Shown here: one piece after another, positions 27,200-41,190 of the stretch
How positions within the stretch are numbered: position 1 is the stretch's first letter
How the letters are laid out: each line of letters starts with the position of its first letter
Origin: Epiperipatus broadwayi
Lineage: Eukaryota > Animalia > Onychophora
Direction: 5' to 3'
Assembly (NCBI GenBank): GCA_028023455.1
Contig: JAQFVV010000010.1
Coordinates: 11,656,001-11,720,000, forward strand
DNA length: 64,000 nt
The notes under the pieces: model-generated
The model's input: only the letters and a program-made list of their open reading frames with translations
Told to the model about the DNA's origin: nothing
Database searches by the model: none
Position numbers and translations under genes: made by a program

Positions 27200-28600
27200 A
27201 CATCAAACAAAGCAGCATATGACTCACAGTTTGAATTAACAGCTGTAATCAATATTGTTACTCTATTCCAAAGCCATTAGACAATAGCACCAACTAGATC
27301 TCCAGATGATTTATAATTGTTGCTCTTTATCATTGAGAAGTACTAAATTTGCTCTCACGCATCCAGCAATTACTGTTACTTTTTATCACTATCCTGGCTA
27401 TCAATGTGAGATTTAACATTCTAATGCTTGAAATGATTGCTTTGAAATAGAATTGAATGTATTACTGTCCATAATGCAGTTGTTATAAATAAAAATTGTG
27501 ATTATAGTAAATTTTATTATTAATTTGTCTTTTGTAATCTAATTATAATATTAAGAAACAATTACTTATAAAACATGATGAATTGCAAAGTTATTTTTTA
27601 ATTGTAAATTTGAATATAATAGATGTAATTAATTTATTATTAAGAATGTATTGTTTTTTTTTTAAGTTAACAAATATGCTAATTCACTGGCTTACAAATT
27701 ATTTACATATTCTCTTAATCTAAACCTAATATCTCTAGGAAATAATGTAGTGTTATGGAATATAATGGAGGTGTAATGTCAATGGGCATATAAGTTCATC
27801 ATTTCTTCCAACAAATTTTATTTTTGATCTGTATCAGAAATGTTAATAATTTGAAAGAGCTGTTACCTTTATTCTTTTCTAGAACTATCTTCTTTATCAA
27901 TTGACACCAGATGGCATAATGCTATAAAATCTGCATCTCCTGACTGTTTTCTGGTTTTTGCCTTTGTTAATGAAGAATAAAATTCAAAATTAAATATAAT
28001 GCACTTATGTATCTAACAAATATCTTTTACTTCTCTATACTATTCAAATTAATAATCTGAAACTTAAAAAAAACATTAAAATATTAAACCCAGGTTACCT
28101 CATTTATACAGATATATAGATTTGACATCAAGTCAATTTCTGAAAATTTTAGATGTTTCAGTTCTGTAATAACTGTAGTTCTCTTCATGTCCTTTGACTA
28201 GAAATGTTAATACCAACAGAAGCATTACATGGTCATTTATATATTTACTCATTTGCTTTCAAACTTCATCTTTCTTCACAGACATTTGCTATATAAGTTT
28301 GAGTCATTGATGGATACCAAATAGAATAATGTGTTAAAATTTCATCTTTAGATTGGTTTCTTACTTTTGCTTTTATCAGGAAGAATAGGATTCAAGGCTG
28401 GAACTCATAAATTCATGCATCTAGTACCATCTCTTATTTTTTTACACTACCTATGCTAGTAACCTGAAATATGTATAAAAATCTAAAGTTTTAAACCCAG
28501 CCTAACTCACTTGTCAACTTTCTAAGCCAAAAGATAAAAGAGCCTACAGTTGTTATATAACTAAAGTCTTTAAAATGTATGAAAACTGATCTGGTGTCCA
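27200..28600 (-). mobile_element. Very decayed LINE-like remnant
   Basis: Scattered RT-like fragments (IKSNNYKSSGDL, ADFIAL). No continuous frame. Confidence 0.25.
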
Positions 28601-29082
28601 CTCTATATATTGATATCAGTGAATTATTCTGTAATTAAAACCTTAGAATTCATTTAAATTTCAATTAATGAGTTTTAATAATATAGGATAGTAAAAAATA
28701 CCTGATACCTTTATAAGTTCATCAATTTCTGCCTGAAATGTAGTCTTTATTGATGAGGCAAAAGCCAGAAACTGGTTGGAGATGGGATTTTGTAGTTCTA
28801 TATCATCTTATTCAATCTTATAATATATGTCTTTAGAATGTAGATAACTGCTTTTGGAAGAATATGAGTAAATATATAAGAGAATCTTGTGATGCTGTTG
28901 GTAAGTGCTAATAGATTTATCAGATTAAGTAATCAATGGGATATCCATCTTAGATGAGATACAGAACTATCCAAGAAAGTGAAAAATATATATGATAAAA
29001 GGCATTTAAATTATAAATTACTTAAAGAGCCAAATATACATTGTTGAATATAAGATCTATTAACAAGAGCTCATAAGAAGAG

Positions 29083-29189
29083 GTCAAGCATTGGTGGCCG
29101 AGTGGTCAGCACAGTTGCCTTATAAGCAGTTGTTCTGGGTTTGCGGGTTCGCTTCCCATTCGATGCTTTGACACATGAAAAAAAAAAAA
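29083..29189 (+). mobile_element. tRNA-derived short SINE, copy 2
   Basis: A box TGGCCGAGTGG, B box GGTTCGCTTCC and a poly(A) tail. Confidence 0.8.
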
Positions 29190-30699
29190 GATAAGAAATG
29201 GTTTAGCAGGTTACCTGTTTCTGTTTAAATTTACTAATCTTTATTTTTGAATTAGTGGTTCATTTTTATAAAACTATATTTTTTCTGTATTAAAGAAACA
29301 TGCTACATCTTGAATTACTATTGATGAATAAACAACAATAGTAATCCATTTAAATATCAGAAAATTACAAAAGCCCAGGTGAACTGTTTTTTACTACACT
29401 ACATTATTAATGATTTATTATTAAGCACTAGAAGAAAAAAACCCCACATAAGACATCTCAGTCTCACAACCTGAGAAGAATAGTTAATGTGAATGAGAGC
29501 TAAAAATGATTTCTTCCTGATATATTTCTCTTGCAAACTTGGCAAATTCAAATTAGCTCCAAGAGTAGTAGGAATTCTTTCAAATAGTCACATGCAAGGT
29601 AGTAATTATAAGAAAATTATTATATTTCTGTTCAAATGTGTATTTGTATCAATAACATATAACACTGTAATTTCTAGGAATGATTCTTAAATAGGTTAAT
29701 ACATTTAGTAGTTTCGTCACGATTACTTGAAACAAGAATACGGAATTGATGAGCACGTTGTTCTGATTAACTAAGATTAAGAAATTTGTTTATAAGTCAA
29801 AAGATATTGGTAAGATTAAATAACTTTAAAAGATTCAGAAAAGATATATAAATAATGGATTTTTTTTTTTTTTAAGCATTTGTTTATATTATTTGCTAAA
29901 TTATTGTTTTGGATAAGGATAGAATTAAACAATCATCTGTTTTGTTGATGATAAGAGATGAAATTTATATATAGAAAATATAATCTAAAAATGAAAACTT
30001 TTAAAGATTAAGGCCATGAATGTAGGAAGTGGTGTTTGAAACAAATGTTATAGAGCTGATTAGTGCGTTTAAATAATATTTAAAAAAATTAACTAGTGAT
30101 TCAAATAGTAACCAAGATATTAGAATGAGTATTGTAATGATTAAATATCCTTTTAATAAACAGAAGAAGTTGTTTTGTGGTGCATTACAGATAATTTTAA
30201 GAAGAAAAAAAAGATTGAAAAATTTAGACTAGAGAATGTAAATCTAGAACAGATTGACATCATTAAGCTGAAAAGATAAGATTAGCAATGTAGAAATATT
30301 AAGTGAAAAAAATTACTTAAGGAAATTATGAAACAATATATTCTGTGATATAATAATTACAGATGTTAGAGAGTCTGGAATATAAGAGAGAGTTAGTAAT
30401 AGAAAAAAAAGTTTGATGATCTAACTTTTGACAAACAATTATTGATGATGATTGTTATATTATTATAGCCTACTGCCAATATTATTTTGAATCAAATGTT
30501 TTATCGAAAAAATATGTATATTATCTGCAATCCAAACCAGATTTCTTTATATGGTGTATGTGCATGATATTTTTTTTAGCAATTAACGTTGATGTTAATG
30601 ATAAATATGAGTACTAAAAATATATACAAATCTATTACGATCGATTCTGGTTATTAATCAAAGGGAAATTTATTTTAGAGATAAATATTCTCTCTTTTT

Positions 30700-32860
30700 A
30701 ACATAATATCTAAGAAAATTGCAAAATTAGTTAATTTTTTTACCATTAGAGGGCAAAATTGTATTTGAAAATGAACTAAATGAAGTAGAGAAGAAATTGA
30801 AAAGTGGGAAGGCAAGAGGTTTAGATGGATGGGCAGCAGAGATGGTAATGAATTTAGGATATAGGGCAAAAGTAAAGTTATTATCCTGTTTTAATAAAAT
30901 GGCACAGAATAGAGTTTTCCCAAGTAGTTGGAGTAATACAAGAGTAAGGTTATTATTTAAAGGAAAGGGTAAGGATCATAGAAAGTTGAATAATTATAGA
31001 CCGATAGCGGTAACATCAGTTTTATATAAAGTTTTCTCGTATATGGTGGCTAGTAAAGTTGTAAAATGGATGGAAGGGAATAATGTAGTGGGTGAAATGC
31101 AAGGAGGTTTTAGATTAGATAGGCGTATAGGAGATAGTTTATTTGTAGTTACACAACTTATGGATATGAGTAGGAATGCAGATAAACAGTTATATATGAG
31201 TTTTATAGATATAGAGAAGGCATATGATAGAGTAAATAGAAATAGATTATGGATAAGTTTAGCAAATTTGGGAATGGATGAAGCTTTAATAGATATTATT
31301 AAGAAATTATATGAAAATAATTATTATATATATCAATTAGAGAATATAGAATCAATTAAAGTTAAAAATGGTGTGGGACTAAGGCAAGGATGCCGTATGT
31401 CACCTATTTTGTTTGTGTTGTATTTGAGTGAAATGGAAAGAGCAATAGAAAGATTAGGAAGAGGGATAGAGATACCGTTAATAGGTAGTAAGGGAGTATA
31501 TATTTTGTCAGGTCTTTTTTTTGCAGATGATATATTTTTGTGTGCAGAAAAAAGAGAAGATATGGAAGTTATGTTGAGGACATGTGCAAGGGTGGGTAAA
31601 GAGATGGGGATTAAATTTAGTGAAGAAAAATCAAATATAATGATGCTTAATACTGAGGAAAGAGAAGATGTAGAATTTTTATTGGGAGATATTAAGTTAA
31701 GTGTGGTGAATAGATATAGTTATTTGGGAATTATTTTAAGTAATCAGAAAAATTATTTGGATGAATGGGAGAAAAAATTGATAAATGAAGCAAAGAAAAG
31801 AAAGAGATTGATAAAGAAATTAACAGTTTTTTCATATAATAAATATGATGTAGCTAGAATTATATGGAAAGGAGTTGCAGTAGCAGGGTTAACATATGGT
31901 AATGATGCATTATATGTTAGTAAAACGATATTAGATTATTTAGAAAAAGCTCAAAGGGAAGTAGGAAGACATGCATTGGATGCAGAAGTATGGACAGCAA
32001 GGGATGCAATTCAAGGAGAAATGGGATGGTCAAGTTTTCATATGAGAGATGCAAAAAGTAAAATGAAAATGTTTGGTAGATTGCAGTTTATGGATAATAA
32101 AAGAATAGCTAAAATAGTATTTAATTGGGTTATGAGTAAAGGGCAGGTAACAAGATGGGTGAGAAAGGTAATGTGCTATGCAAAAGATTTGGATAAAGAA
32201 TTTATATCAGTATATTTGTACAAAAGATGGGATGATTGTGTTAAGAGGATTATTGAGTGTTATAGTAGTAAGGAATGGGATAAAAGAATAAATTTATTAA
32301 TAAAGACTAGGGAGTTAGAGAGATGGAGAAATAGTATGGAGAGTAAAAAGAGTTTAAATATATATAGAAATAAACAGAATATTAGGTGTGAGTTAATATA
32401 TGATAATAGTAAGGAAAGTAGTTTATTGTTTAAGGCTCGAACGGGATCTTTAGCTACAAAAGAATATACATGTAAATGGAAAAATATGGGTGATTTATTT
32501 TGTAAATTATGTAAGGAAGGAATTGAAAATATTAGGCATTTGTTAATTGAATGTAAATGTTTGAAAACAGAAAGGGTACATATAATGAAGTTGTGGAAAA
32601 ATAAATATGAAAAGAGTGATTATACAGAAAGTGAATTATTGGTTTTTATGCTGGGTTTGGGAAAAGATAAGGGGGATTTAGATATAAAGGTTATAGAGTT
32701 GACAAAAATTATGTTGTGGAAATGGGATAGAGCAGATTATGGGTAAATTTAGAATGGGGAATGTAAAAGAAAGTGGCTAACAGGTTTATCTGGGCATAAT
32801 TGCTGAGATATTCTTGACTTCGTTTAAGGAGAAGCCATAATACATCACATCACATCACGT
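30700..32860 (+). mobile_element. 5'-truncated non-LTR retrotransposon with an open RT frame, CCHC knuckle and (ACATC)n tail
   Basis: 649-aa ORF at 30797-32746 with KARGLDG, EMQGGFR, FIDIEKAYD, GLRQGCRMSP, FFADD and CKLCKEGIENIRHLLIEC. The 3' end is ACATCACATCACATCAC. Clade not resolved (RTE-X-like by eye). Confidence 0.92.
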
Positions 32861-33899
32861 CAAAAAAAAATAAAAAAATAGCGAAATTAATAATTATAAT
32901 TCTGTTATATTGTAATTATAATAACTTGATAATTTTTATTTATTGTTTTTTAAAAAATGAAATATTGTCTAAAATATTATGTGACCAAAAGTTATATTTT
33001 GTTTTCGTCAATTAAATTTCGTTTATTTTTTTTAAGGTGTTGTATAGCTCTATAATGATGTTCTTTTAGATACTAGAATTCACTGGGAATAACTAGGAGT
33101 ATATTTTCATTCTCTTTCTGTTGCTATTTTTGGCCGGCTTAGATTAGTATAAGAAGAAGTCAAATTCATGCCATTGAGCATTAGATTAGATGAATTCATG
33201 CAGTCTATTTTCATTTTAAAAACCATTAGTTTGATAAGTATCTCTCTTTTTTTTTTTCTAAAATGGCTTGTTAGTTCCAATACATATTATCCCTATTTCT
33301 TTTGTTTGCTCAAGCTACTATATGGAGAGTTTTGCTGTTTTATAAATCTTATTACACTTTGTGGATCACCCCCCCCCCATCCATATTATTCGGTGTCTCT
33401 ATTTATGCTTATTCTTTTTCTCTATTTATTTTTTGATTATCTGTAGTCATTTTTAAGATTTTTTTCTATAAACATATACAGATCTGCATTATAATATTGT
33501 TCTGAACTTTTGCAAACATATTATAAATATAGGTTTGTATATTATAGGAATAAACATTGAAAGTAATCATAAAGAAATGCTCAAAACATAGATGAAGAGG
33601 TAGAATAATATATAGTATATATGGATGTGGGAAAAAATGATTCACAAAATGAAACAAAATTTATAAAGAAAAATCATGTTGAGAATTTATAATTCTAAGG
33701 TTTTAATTCATACTTCAATTTTTTTATTTTTCTTTGTGAATGCAAAATCAATTAGCATTGGAAAACCAGTAATGAAGACAGGTTTCATAAAAAGAGAGTT
33801 TTTAATTGCGATTTTACAGGAAGTAGTACAATCATTCTTTGATTGATAATATGTTTGATATTCTATTTTGGGTCTCCCTGTTTGCTCTGAATGTGGAAG

Positions 33900-34330
33900 G
33901 ACTTAAAAAATGGTGAGTTAGAAATGGCCTGTTTTTCAGGACCTAGTTAAGTTACTCTGCCTGGTATTGTTCTTAAAAGCAGTAAAAGTAATTCTAATAA
34001 TAATAATAATGACAATTGGTGTCAAAGCAGAAAATAATGGTGATAATCAAGGTAAGTATTTTCAGGGTTATTGTTTTTTTCTACATATAGATATTTAAAA
34101 TGTGCAAACATTTCTTAGTGGAAATTCTCCAAGACCTGAATGTGAGACAGCACTTGTAGCTAAGGAACTGCCATGGTTTAAGATTGATATAGCAGCTTGT
34201 GGAGAAACATATCTTCAAGATGAAGGAAATTGAATTGTACAAATAAATGGTTATAATTTTTTAAAAACGAATTATTAACTATAAGGGGACTTTATGTTGA
34301 TGAATTCATTAGAAAGTCTAACTTCATCTA
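33900..34330 (+). mobile_element. RTE-clade LINE 5' fragment (endonuclease N-terminus)
   Basis: NVQTFL...RPECETALVAKELPWFKIDIAACGETYLQDEG resembles the RTE PERRTALVARELARYNIDIAALSETR motif. Confidence 0.7.
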
Positions 34331-36436
34331 CTGTTGGAATATTTAGATTATATTAAATATTGATTTGCTCAATGGTATATGTGATTGATTTACCAGTTCT
34401 TGATAATTCAATGTTAGATTCAGAAAAAGTAAGAAAAATAAATCCTTTATTTCTTGTTATCTTTTGTAATTGCATCAATATATTATTGGAAGTTTTAATT
34501 CACATGCTAATGAGAACACTAAATTTTGGCCAGAGTTTCAGGAAATATCATTGCTCTTTGGCATCGATGGACTGTTTTTATTGAATTTTAGAATAGTATG
34601 TGGATTGATTATCATGCAAGACTTTGTGTAAGCAAAAAATAATAATAATATAAAGGGAACTCAGATGCATACATGATAAAAACAATTTCATCTTATGAAT
34701 TATGTAATAGTTAAAAGTCAGAATGTAATAGAAATTAATATTAGTATGTGCATTTGTAAACATAGACTAATTGATAGAAAGAATTGTTCAGAATACCTCA
34801 AGATTAAAATAATAGTTGGATTAAAAATTAGATCTTATTTAAAACATAAAGCATACAAATTTAATGTTTTTAGAAGAAACTATTACTTATACTAAATTTC
34901 AGTTTTGCACTAAAGAGAGTGATTTATTTTATTACAGCATATGAAATTGAACAATTATTAAAAGTGAAAACATTAATTCATATATAAAACTAATTTTTAA
35001 ACAAAAATAATTGAAAACTATATTAAACCACATAAAATAAATGATGTAAAATTGTTTACAGGTTAAGGAAATTAAGCAATGTTATAAAAAAAATCAGAGA
35101 CATTTTTATAAACAAACGATTACAAAAATTTTGACAAGTAGTCAAACCAAGTATAAAGTAATAATAAAAGCCACTTTGTACTCTGAGATAACAGTAAAAA
35201 AACTATGATAAATTAGATGTATAAATAGCAAGATAATATGACAGGCTAATAAGAAAAAAACAAGCTATTAATTGTAGCATATAAGAGTGAAAGTTAAATT
35301 TAAAATAGAGATAGATAAAGAATGGAAATATTACATATGAAAACACTTTTGTTAAAAGCAAGATTTCAAGAAATAAGCCAAATAAGGATTGTTAAAAATT
35401 ACATGCCATTTGAAGAGCACAATAAGACACAATTTCAGGAGATGCAGATTTAAAGATTTTTTTTTAATAGTGTAAATATTTTAGAAAAGAGAGCACACGA
35501 TCATCTCACTTTACAGATCTTCCTAAAATATAAACATCTTCAGGAAATGTATATTGCATATCTTTTATATGATACCAATCACCATCTTTTTAAAATATAC
35601 CATATAGCAAACATAGGACCCTCTTGCCTTAATTCTATAAATAACAGTAATTTTTATATTATTTCCCAATTATTAGATTCACTAGCACTCCATTTATTCT
35701 CATATTTGAGGACCTGTCTGCAATGTATAAAAATATTGAAATATATTTCCAATTTTATTAATGTTCTCCAGTAATTTACTATTTAATGCCATTCTCTACC
35801 TATAATTATTCAACATAATCTTTTTATTAAATTAATTTTTTTATGTAATCTTAATTTCACTTTATTACTGAAACAACCATTAATGATACTCTAAAAAGGA
35901 AATGATGTTAATGAAATCCTTTTAAGAGGTTTCTTTAAGTACCTATTTCACTCTTTTACATTTGATTATACCTTGAGTAATGTACCTAACTGCCATACTC
36001 AGTTGGATACCACCAGATTTCAGAGAAACCTATAATTTGTGGAAAAGGGTTCAGTCCTGTTTGACTACCTATTTTATCTATTAGATTAGTAAATAACACA
36101 AAAACTCTGTCAAATAATGTATATAGTTAATAGATTACTCCTTACTTTTAGTACTTGTTTTTTTCCTTATGATACTTCTTGGTTTCTCCCATATTTCTTG
36201 AATATCTGAATGACCACCAATGCATTAATTTTATTATCCTAAGCCATATTAAGAGATCATGAGACTTATTATTGAAAGGTTCTCAATTAAGATTAAACTG
36301 AGCTATAATAAACTAAAAAGCATACAGACATGATTAACAATGCATATAATAAATAAATATAATGGCATAATATGTTGTTGGAATTAATTTGAATTTCTTC
36401 CAGCTAATATTAATAAATTAAATACATTTATATTAA

Positions 36437-36656
36437 ACCTTAAAACATCACATGATCACTATCTAAGATCTAGGTGCAGTGCACTCAGATCCAAGGCTCC
36501 TCACTGATGAGGGCCATAAGCAAGAAACTAGTTTGGGGATATTGGATGAGTAAGCATTAGATAGGGATTTTATGCACAAGCCTTCTGGCATCCATTGATT
36601 ACTCTGTCTTGCTTAGAGTGGCACTACTGTATGGAGAGAGTTTTGCCTATTTTAAC
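36437..36656 (+). mobile_element. HHR-repeat family B copy
   Basis: Ends AAAACATCACATGATCAC...GAGAGTTTTGCC. 14-bp TSD TACATTTATATTAA at 36423-36 and 36657-70. Confidence 0.85.
36488..36547 (+). ncRNA. Type I hammerhead ribozyme (family B), core intact, helix II weakened
   Basis: GATCCAA-GGC-TCCTCA-CTGATGA-GGGCCATAAGCAA-GAAA-CTAG-TT-TGGGGA-TA-TTGGAT. Confidence 0.75.
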
Positions 36657-37489
36657 TACATTTATATTAATTATAAATGAAATTTATTCATTTTAAAGAA
36701 TGTCTTTGATAATTTAAAATGATAAAGTTCTTTTATATAATTATTATTCCAATTGGTTTCTTACAGAAATTATTGTTAGTTACTCTAATGATTCAGTTTC
36801 ATTATTCTCATTGAGATATCATTTTGTTTCACTTTTTTAATGTGAAACTTATAACTTTACATTTATTGTAATGTGATTGTAGTTATGATGATGTGAATAG
36901 ATTTTATTATAGATGCATGTTATCTTCATCTATATTATCCTTCATTCGGTGAATAAACATTCACACAAATTAGAATTACAGTAATTCTAATAAACATTAC
37001 CAAGCTTTAAATATATATTTTATATCTGATAGTTTTTAATTTCATAATGTATACAGCAATTTAGAGTAATTAAAATTTAAATCATTAGAATGTTTTATTG
37101 CTTACAAATATATCTGCACTGACTTGCTTTACTTACCAATCTAAAGATGGGTTTCATTCTCAAAACTGATTTATTTTGAACTTATAAAAAATATCAAGAA
37201 TTATTTTAATATTACACTAGATTCATGTGCATACGATTACCTAAATTCTATAGCTTAAACATATTTTTACTTTGTCTCCACCTCCAATCATCATCTTAGT
37301 AGTGATTCATGTGGCAAAGTTACTGTATTGTATAAAGTTATATATGTATTAGCCTTTTTAAAACTAGTGTATTGGTTTGCTAGTCATTCTACTAGGAGAA
37401 ACATTTTTATATATTCTGATCTTCTTTAAGCACTGCTAAGGTTATGCAATAAAAAGAAATTTGCATCTTAATCATGATTGTCAACCAAT

Positions 37490-37960
37490 ATCAATCCACT
37501 GCAGGATGAAGGTCTCTCCAAGTTCAGTCCATCTCTGATTTCTAGTCTCTCTTCTCCATGTCATCCCTACACACTTTCTTATTTCATCCATCCATCTCAC
37601 ATATAGTCTCTTTCTGGTTCTTTTACAATCTCTTAGAATCCAGTTTAAGATTTCAATTGTCCATCTATTATCATCTCTTCTAGCAATATGTCCAGCCCAA
37701 TTTCACTTCAGTTTTTTAATTTTTTCAATGATGTTAGTAATATCTGTTTTTTCTCTTACCCATATATTGCATTTTCGATCTCTTCTTGTTACTCCTAACA
37801 TGCATCTCACCATACTTCTTTGAATGGTCTGAAGTCTCTGTATTGTTTTTCTATTAAATGTCCAAGACTTAGATCCATAAGTAAGAACTGGTAAAACACA
37901 TTTATTAAAAACTTTCCTTTTCAAACATATAGGCATATTTCCTTTTAATATTATTTTTAC
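37490..37960 (-). mobile_element. RTE-type LINE 3' fragment
   Basis: CVLPVLTYGSKSW...MLGVTRRDR...WAGHIARR...RW. Confidence 0.85.
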
Positions 37961-38504
37961 CAAAAGCACTCCAATCAAGTTTAATTGGAGTGCTTTTGCC
38001 TTTGGTAGAAATAACTTGATATTAGCAGGAAATATGTCTATGTGTTTAAAAAGGAAGGTTTTTGTAATGCACAATTTACAGGTTCATATTTCTTTATATT
38101 AGTCACACAATTCAATAAATGAATAATTTTCAATCAAAATGATATGCAACAATATTTTTATATAGCAAAGTATAATTATGTGAAGATTCATTATCTAGAA
38201 TTTCTTGAATTCTTTGAAATTTCTGATTAGATAGTACAAATATTAATTTTTTTAAAAATTTCTTCCATTCTAGATTCTTCTCAATTGTCCTGACAACACC
38301 TATTCATTTATGATAAATGAATGCATTCACACCTACAAGTGACATTAATTAATTATCTTTGAAATATGTGGAACTTTACAGTAATGTGTTAATCCACATT
38401 TTTATTAGTTATTAATAATTTAGATAATAAATTTTACAGTTAAAACTTTGTTTTATAGAATTTTAAAATTTTGAACATGGTTAATTCATACAACAACATA
38501 TTAT

Positions 38505-38645
38505 AAATTTATTTAAAGGCACATTGATTATGTAAGTAATATTTACTAAGGCTGTAACCTCAAAAATGTGCGCGTAAAAATGCGATAGTAGAGACCTCTA
38601 CAGGTCTTAACCACAAGCTTATGCATGTGGTTAAGACCTGTAAAT
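38505..38645. repeat. Fold-back family C copy with a 17-bp terminal hairpin
   Basis: Shares AATATTTACTAAGGCTGTAACC...GACCTCTACAGGTCTTAACCACAAGCTTA with the copies at 43.1 and 48.2 kb. TACAGGTCTTAACCACA pairs with TGTGGTTAAGACCTGTA. Confidence 0.7.
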
Positions 38646-40894
38646 ATAACTAACAACATATTGTGTTTTCAGTTTTACATTCGTAGAAAATATTAGTGTT
38701 ATTAATAATTTCATGGATTAATTAATTTATTATTATGTTTCATTTATAATATATCAAATTATGAACTATTTAAATCAAAAAAATTTAATATTATTTTTTG
38801 TTATTTGACTATATATATTTAGATAATTATTTTATTCTCACATTAAATAAAAAATAAGGGAAGAACTCTGTTGGAGTATAATGATGACAATTTATTTAAA
38901 TAGAATACTTATTTGTCATATCATTGAGATAATTTATTGAATAATAATTCTAACTTCAAATATATTTGTTTTTTTCTTTTTACAACTTTACATACAATAA
39001 AATATTGTTAACTAAAACGTATAATTAAAGTGAAAGGCTAAAACCTTCTCGCATGCGCTTTAAGAATGCTTATATGACGGCCAATCAGATGTAATGAAGA
39101 CTGTATAGGAAGCTCTTAAGTCGCAATACAAGACAGAGATTTTTATTAGAAAAGAATATTTCCAATGTTATATAAATTAAATTTAAATAATATTTCAGAG
39201 CAAAATTAATCTTGCTTAATATTTTTAAATTTGCAGTTCCTGTTAAATTCTGGAAAATCTTTATGGGAAATTTGGAAAGCAGTGGATGAATAGTACATAT
39301 TATTTAAGATATAAATTTAGTGATTTCCACTTCTTTAGTTTAATCTTTATTGAAATACCACATTAACAGCATCTTTTTCATTTATAAATATTTTGTTGGT
39401 TTGATATGAATGATTGCTTATGAAAGATCTATGGCAGTATAACATCAACCTCTTAATAGAATTTAATTTTGTAGGGTTTCAACTTCTTAGTAGAGTCTAA
39501 TTTTGTGAAGTTATTTTTGCACTTTTATGTATATATATACTTAGTAGTTTTGGTGTTAGTATAGCTAATTATTGATATAAAAATTAAATATTTATAATTT
39601 TGAATCATTTCTTGTATATAGGATGGTATTAATTTAGAGATAAAAACAATATTTGGGTCATTTTTCAGGATATTAGCAACTTTCAGGAGAGACATTGCAA
39701 CATAGAATTGGAATTTAGTTATAGTATAACTTTCTACAGTCTCTGATTTTGACTTTTTGAATGCTATCTAAATCCTCTTTTATACCCTTTTAGGGTTTTT
39801 TTTTTCTTGAACCGTTTACCTTATAAAACACTTCCTACTATCTAACGGAATTAATTAATTTTTTAACAAAAAATTACAATACAAACCCTATTTTAATTAC
39901 ATTGCAGTTATTTTTTTGAGTGAAATATTTTCAGACTCGCGTTCTATTATTATTATTACTTTTTCTATTTTTTAAAAGTACTTCCTATTTTTAATTTAGG
40001 AACATTTAACATTATAGACAATAGTTTTCATTAACTAAAACATTTTAGCTAAATATATTTTTAACTTTATTTAGATGTTAATCTGTATTATTATACAATA
40101 CTTCTCCCAGCCGAATAGAAAAATAAGTAGGCAATTATTAAACTTACATGTAAAAGTAAATGTATTTAATTATAGCAAATATATAGATAGTTTATTATTT
40201 AACTGATGAGTATGCTAATCTATTTTAAAGCTTCACTGCACCCATATATTCAGATATGTCTTATTTTATATTAACGTCGATATATATTTAAGAATTAATT
40301 GTTATATAAATTAATAAAAAGTATTCTTACTGAAATATGATTAATAAGACCTTAAATATAGTTCTCATGATAATATTATTAATGATTTCCCTACATTTTA
40401 TTTTTCACTGTGTTTTTATGCATTATTTCACCTGGTTTAACCTCTTTTTATCTTTACATTTTCCTTCTATCTGTATGTACATCATTAACCCCTGAAATTA
40501 AAAATAGACTATAGGAATGAAAAATCTTATTCAGTATATTTATACTCTGCATACTTTCTTCCTCTCTTTTACATTTTTGAGAACTCTAAATTTTCTATAG
40601 CATTTAATTTTATGGTTATGTTTTTTATTTTGTCTACTTTTAAACACTAATCAGTATAGCTATGAAACCCACCTTAATGCATACATATCATGCTTTTTTT
40701 TGATACATAGTGGAAAATTATATACCTTTTTTAAATAATACCCCCCCCCCATTTTATATGACTTTTTTTGCAATATCTTATCTTAGATTTGTTAATTTTA
40801 TTGTTACTACATATAAAAATCGTTTGAAATGTCACGATTTTTAGTACTTATTTTATGACTATAGTTAATTTTAATTAATTTAGAAATTTACTTT

Positions 40895-41190
40895 AAATAT
40901 AAGGGATTTGAACTCAGACTTTCAAGTAACCTTCAACTATCCACACTATTTCATACTACTGATACACATGACCACACACATGTAGAAAAGATAAATAATC
41001 ACGAATATACGTACTTCGTGTTGAACCAGCACTCATCAGTTGGCCCAGGTTACCATCTCCCACACATATATATAATCAGTATTTATATTAAGATAGCCAA
41101 ATTTTCATACTTTAATGGACATGCATCAATCTACTCCAAACTCCAACTTTTCAGTCATCCATGTCATCGAAAATCTGATGATAGAATGCC
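40895..41190 (-). mobile_element. HHR-repeat family A partial copy (HHR at 40995-41053, A15.1 changed to G)
   Basis: Minus strand GCCAA-CTGATGA-GTGCTG-GTT-CAACAC-GAAG-TACGTA-TA-TTCGT. Flanks are collinear with the other copies. Confidence 0.85.

Noticed and set aside
35100-36300. Possible decayed LINE RT on the minus strand
   Set aside because: Only a vague GVxxxxxLGxLL resemblance, insufficient to call.
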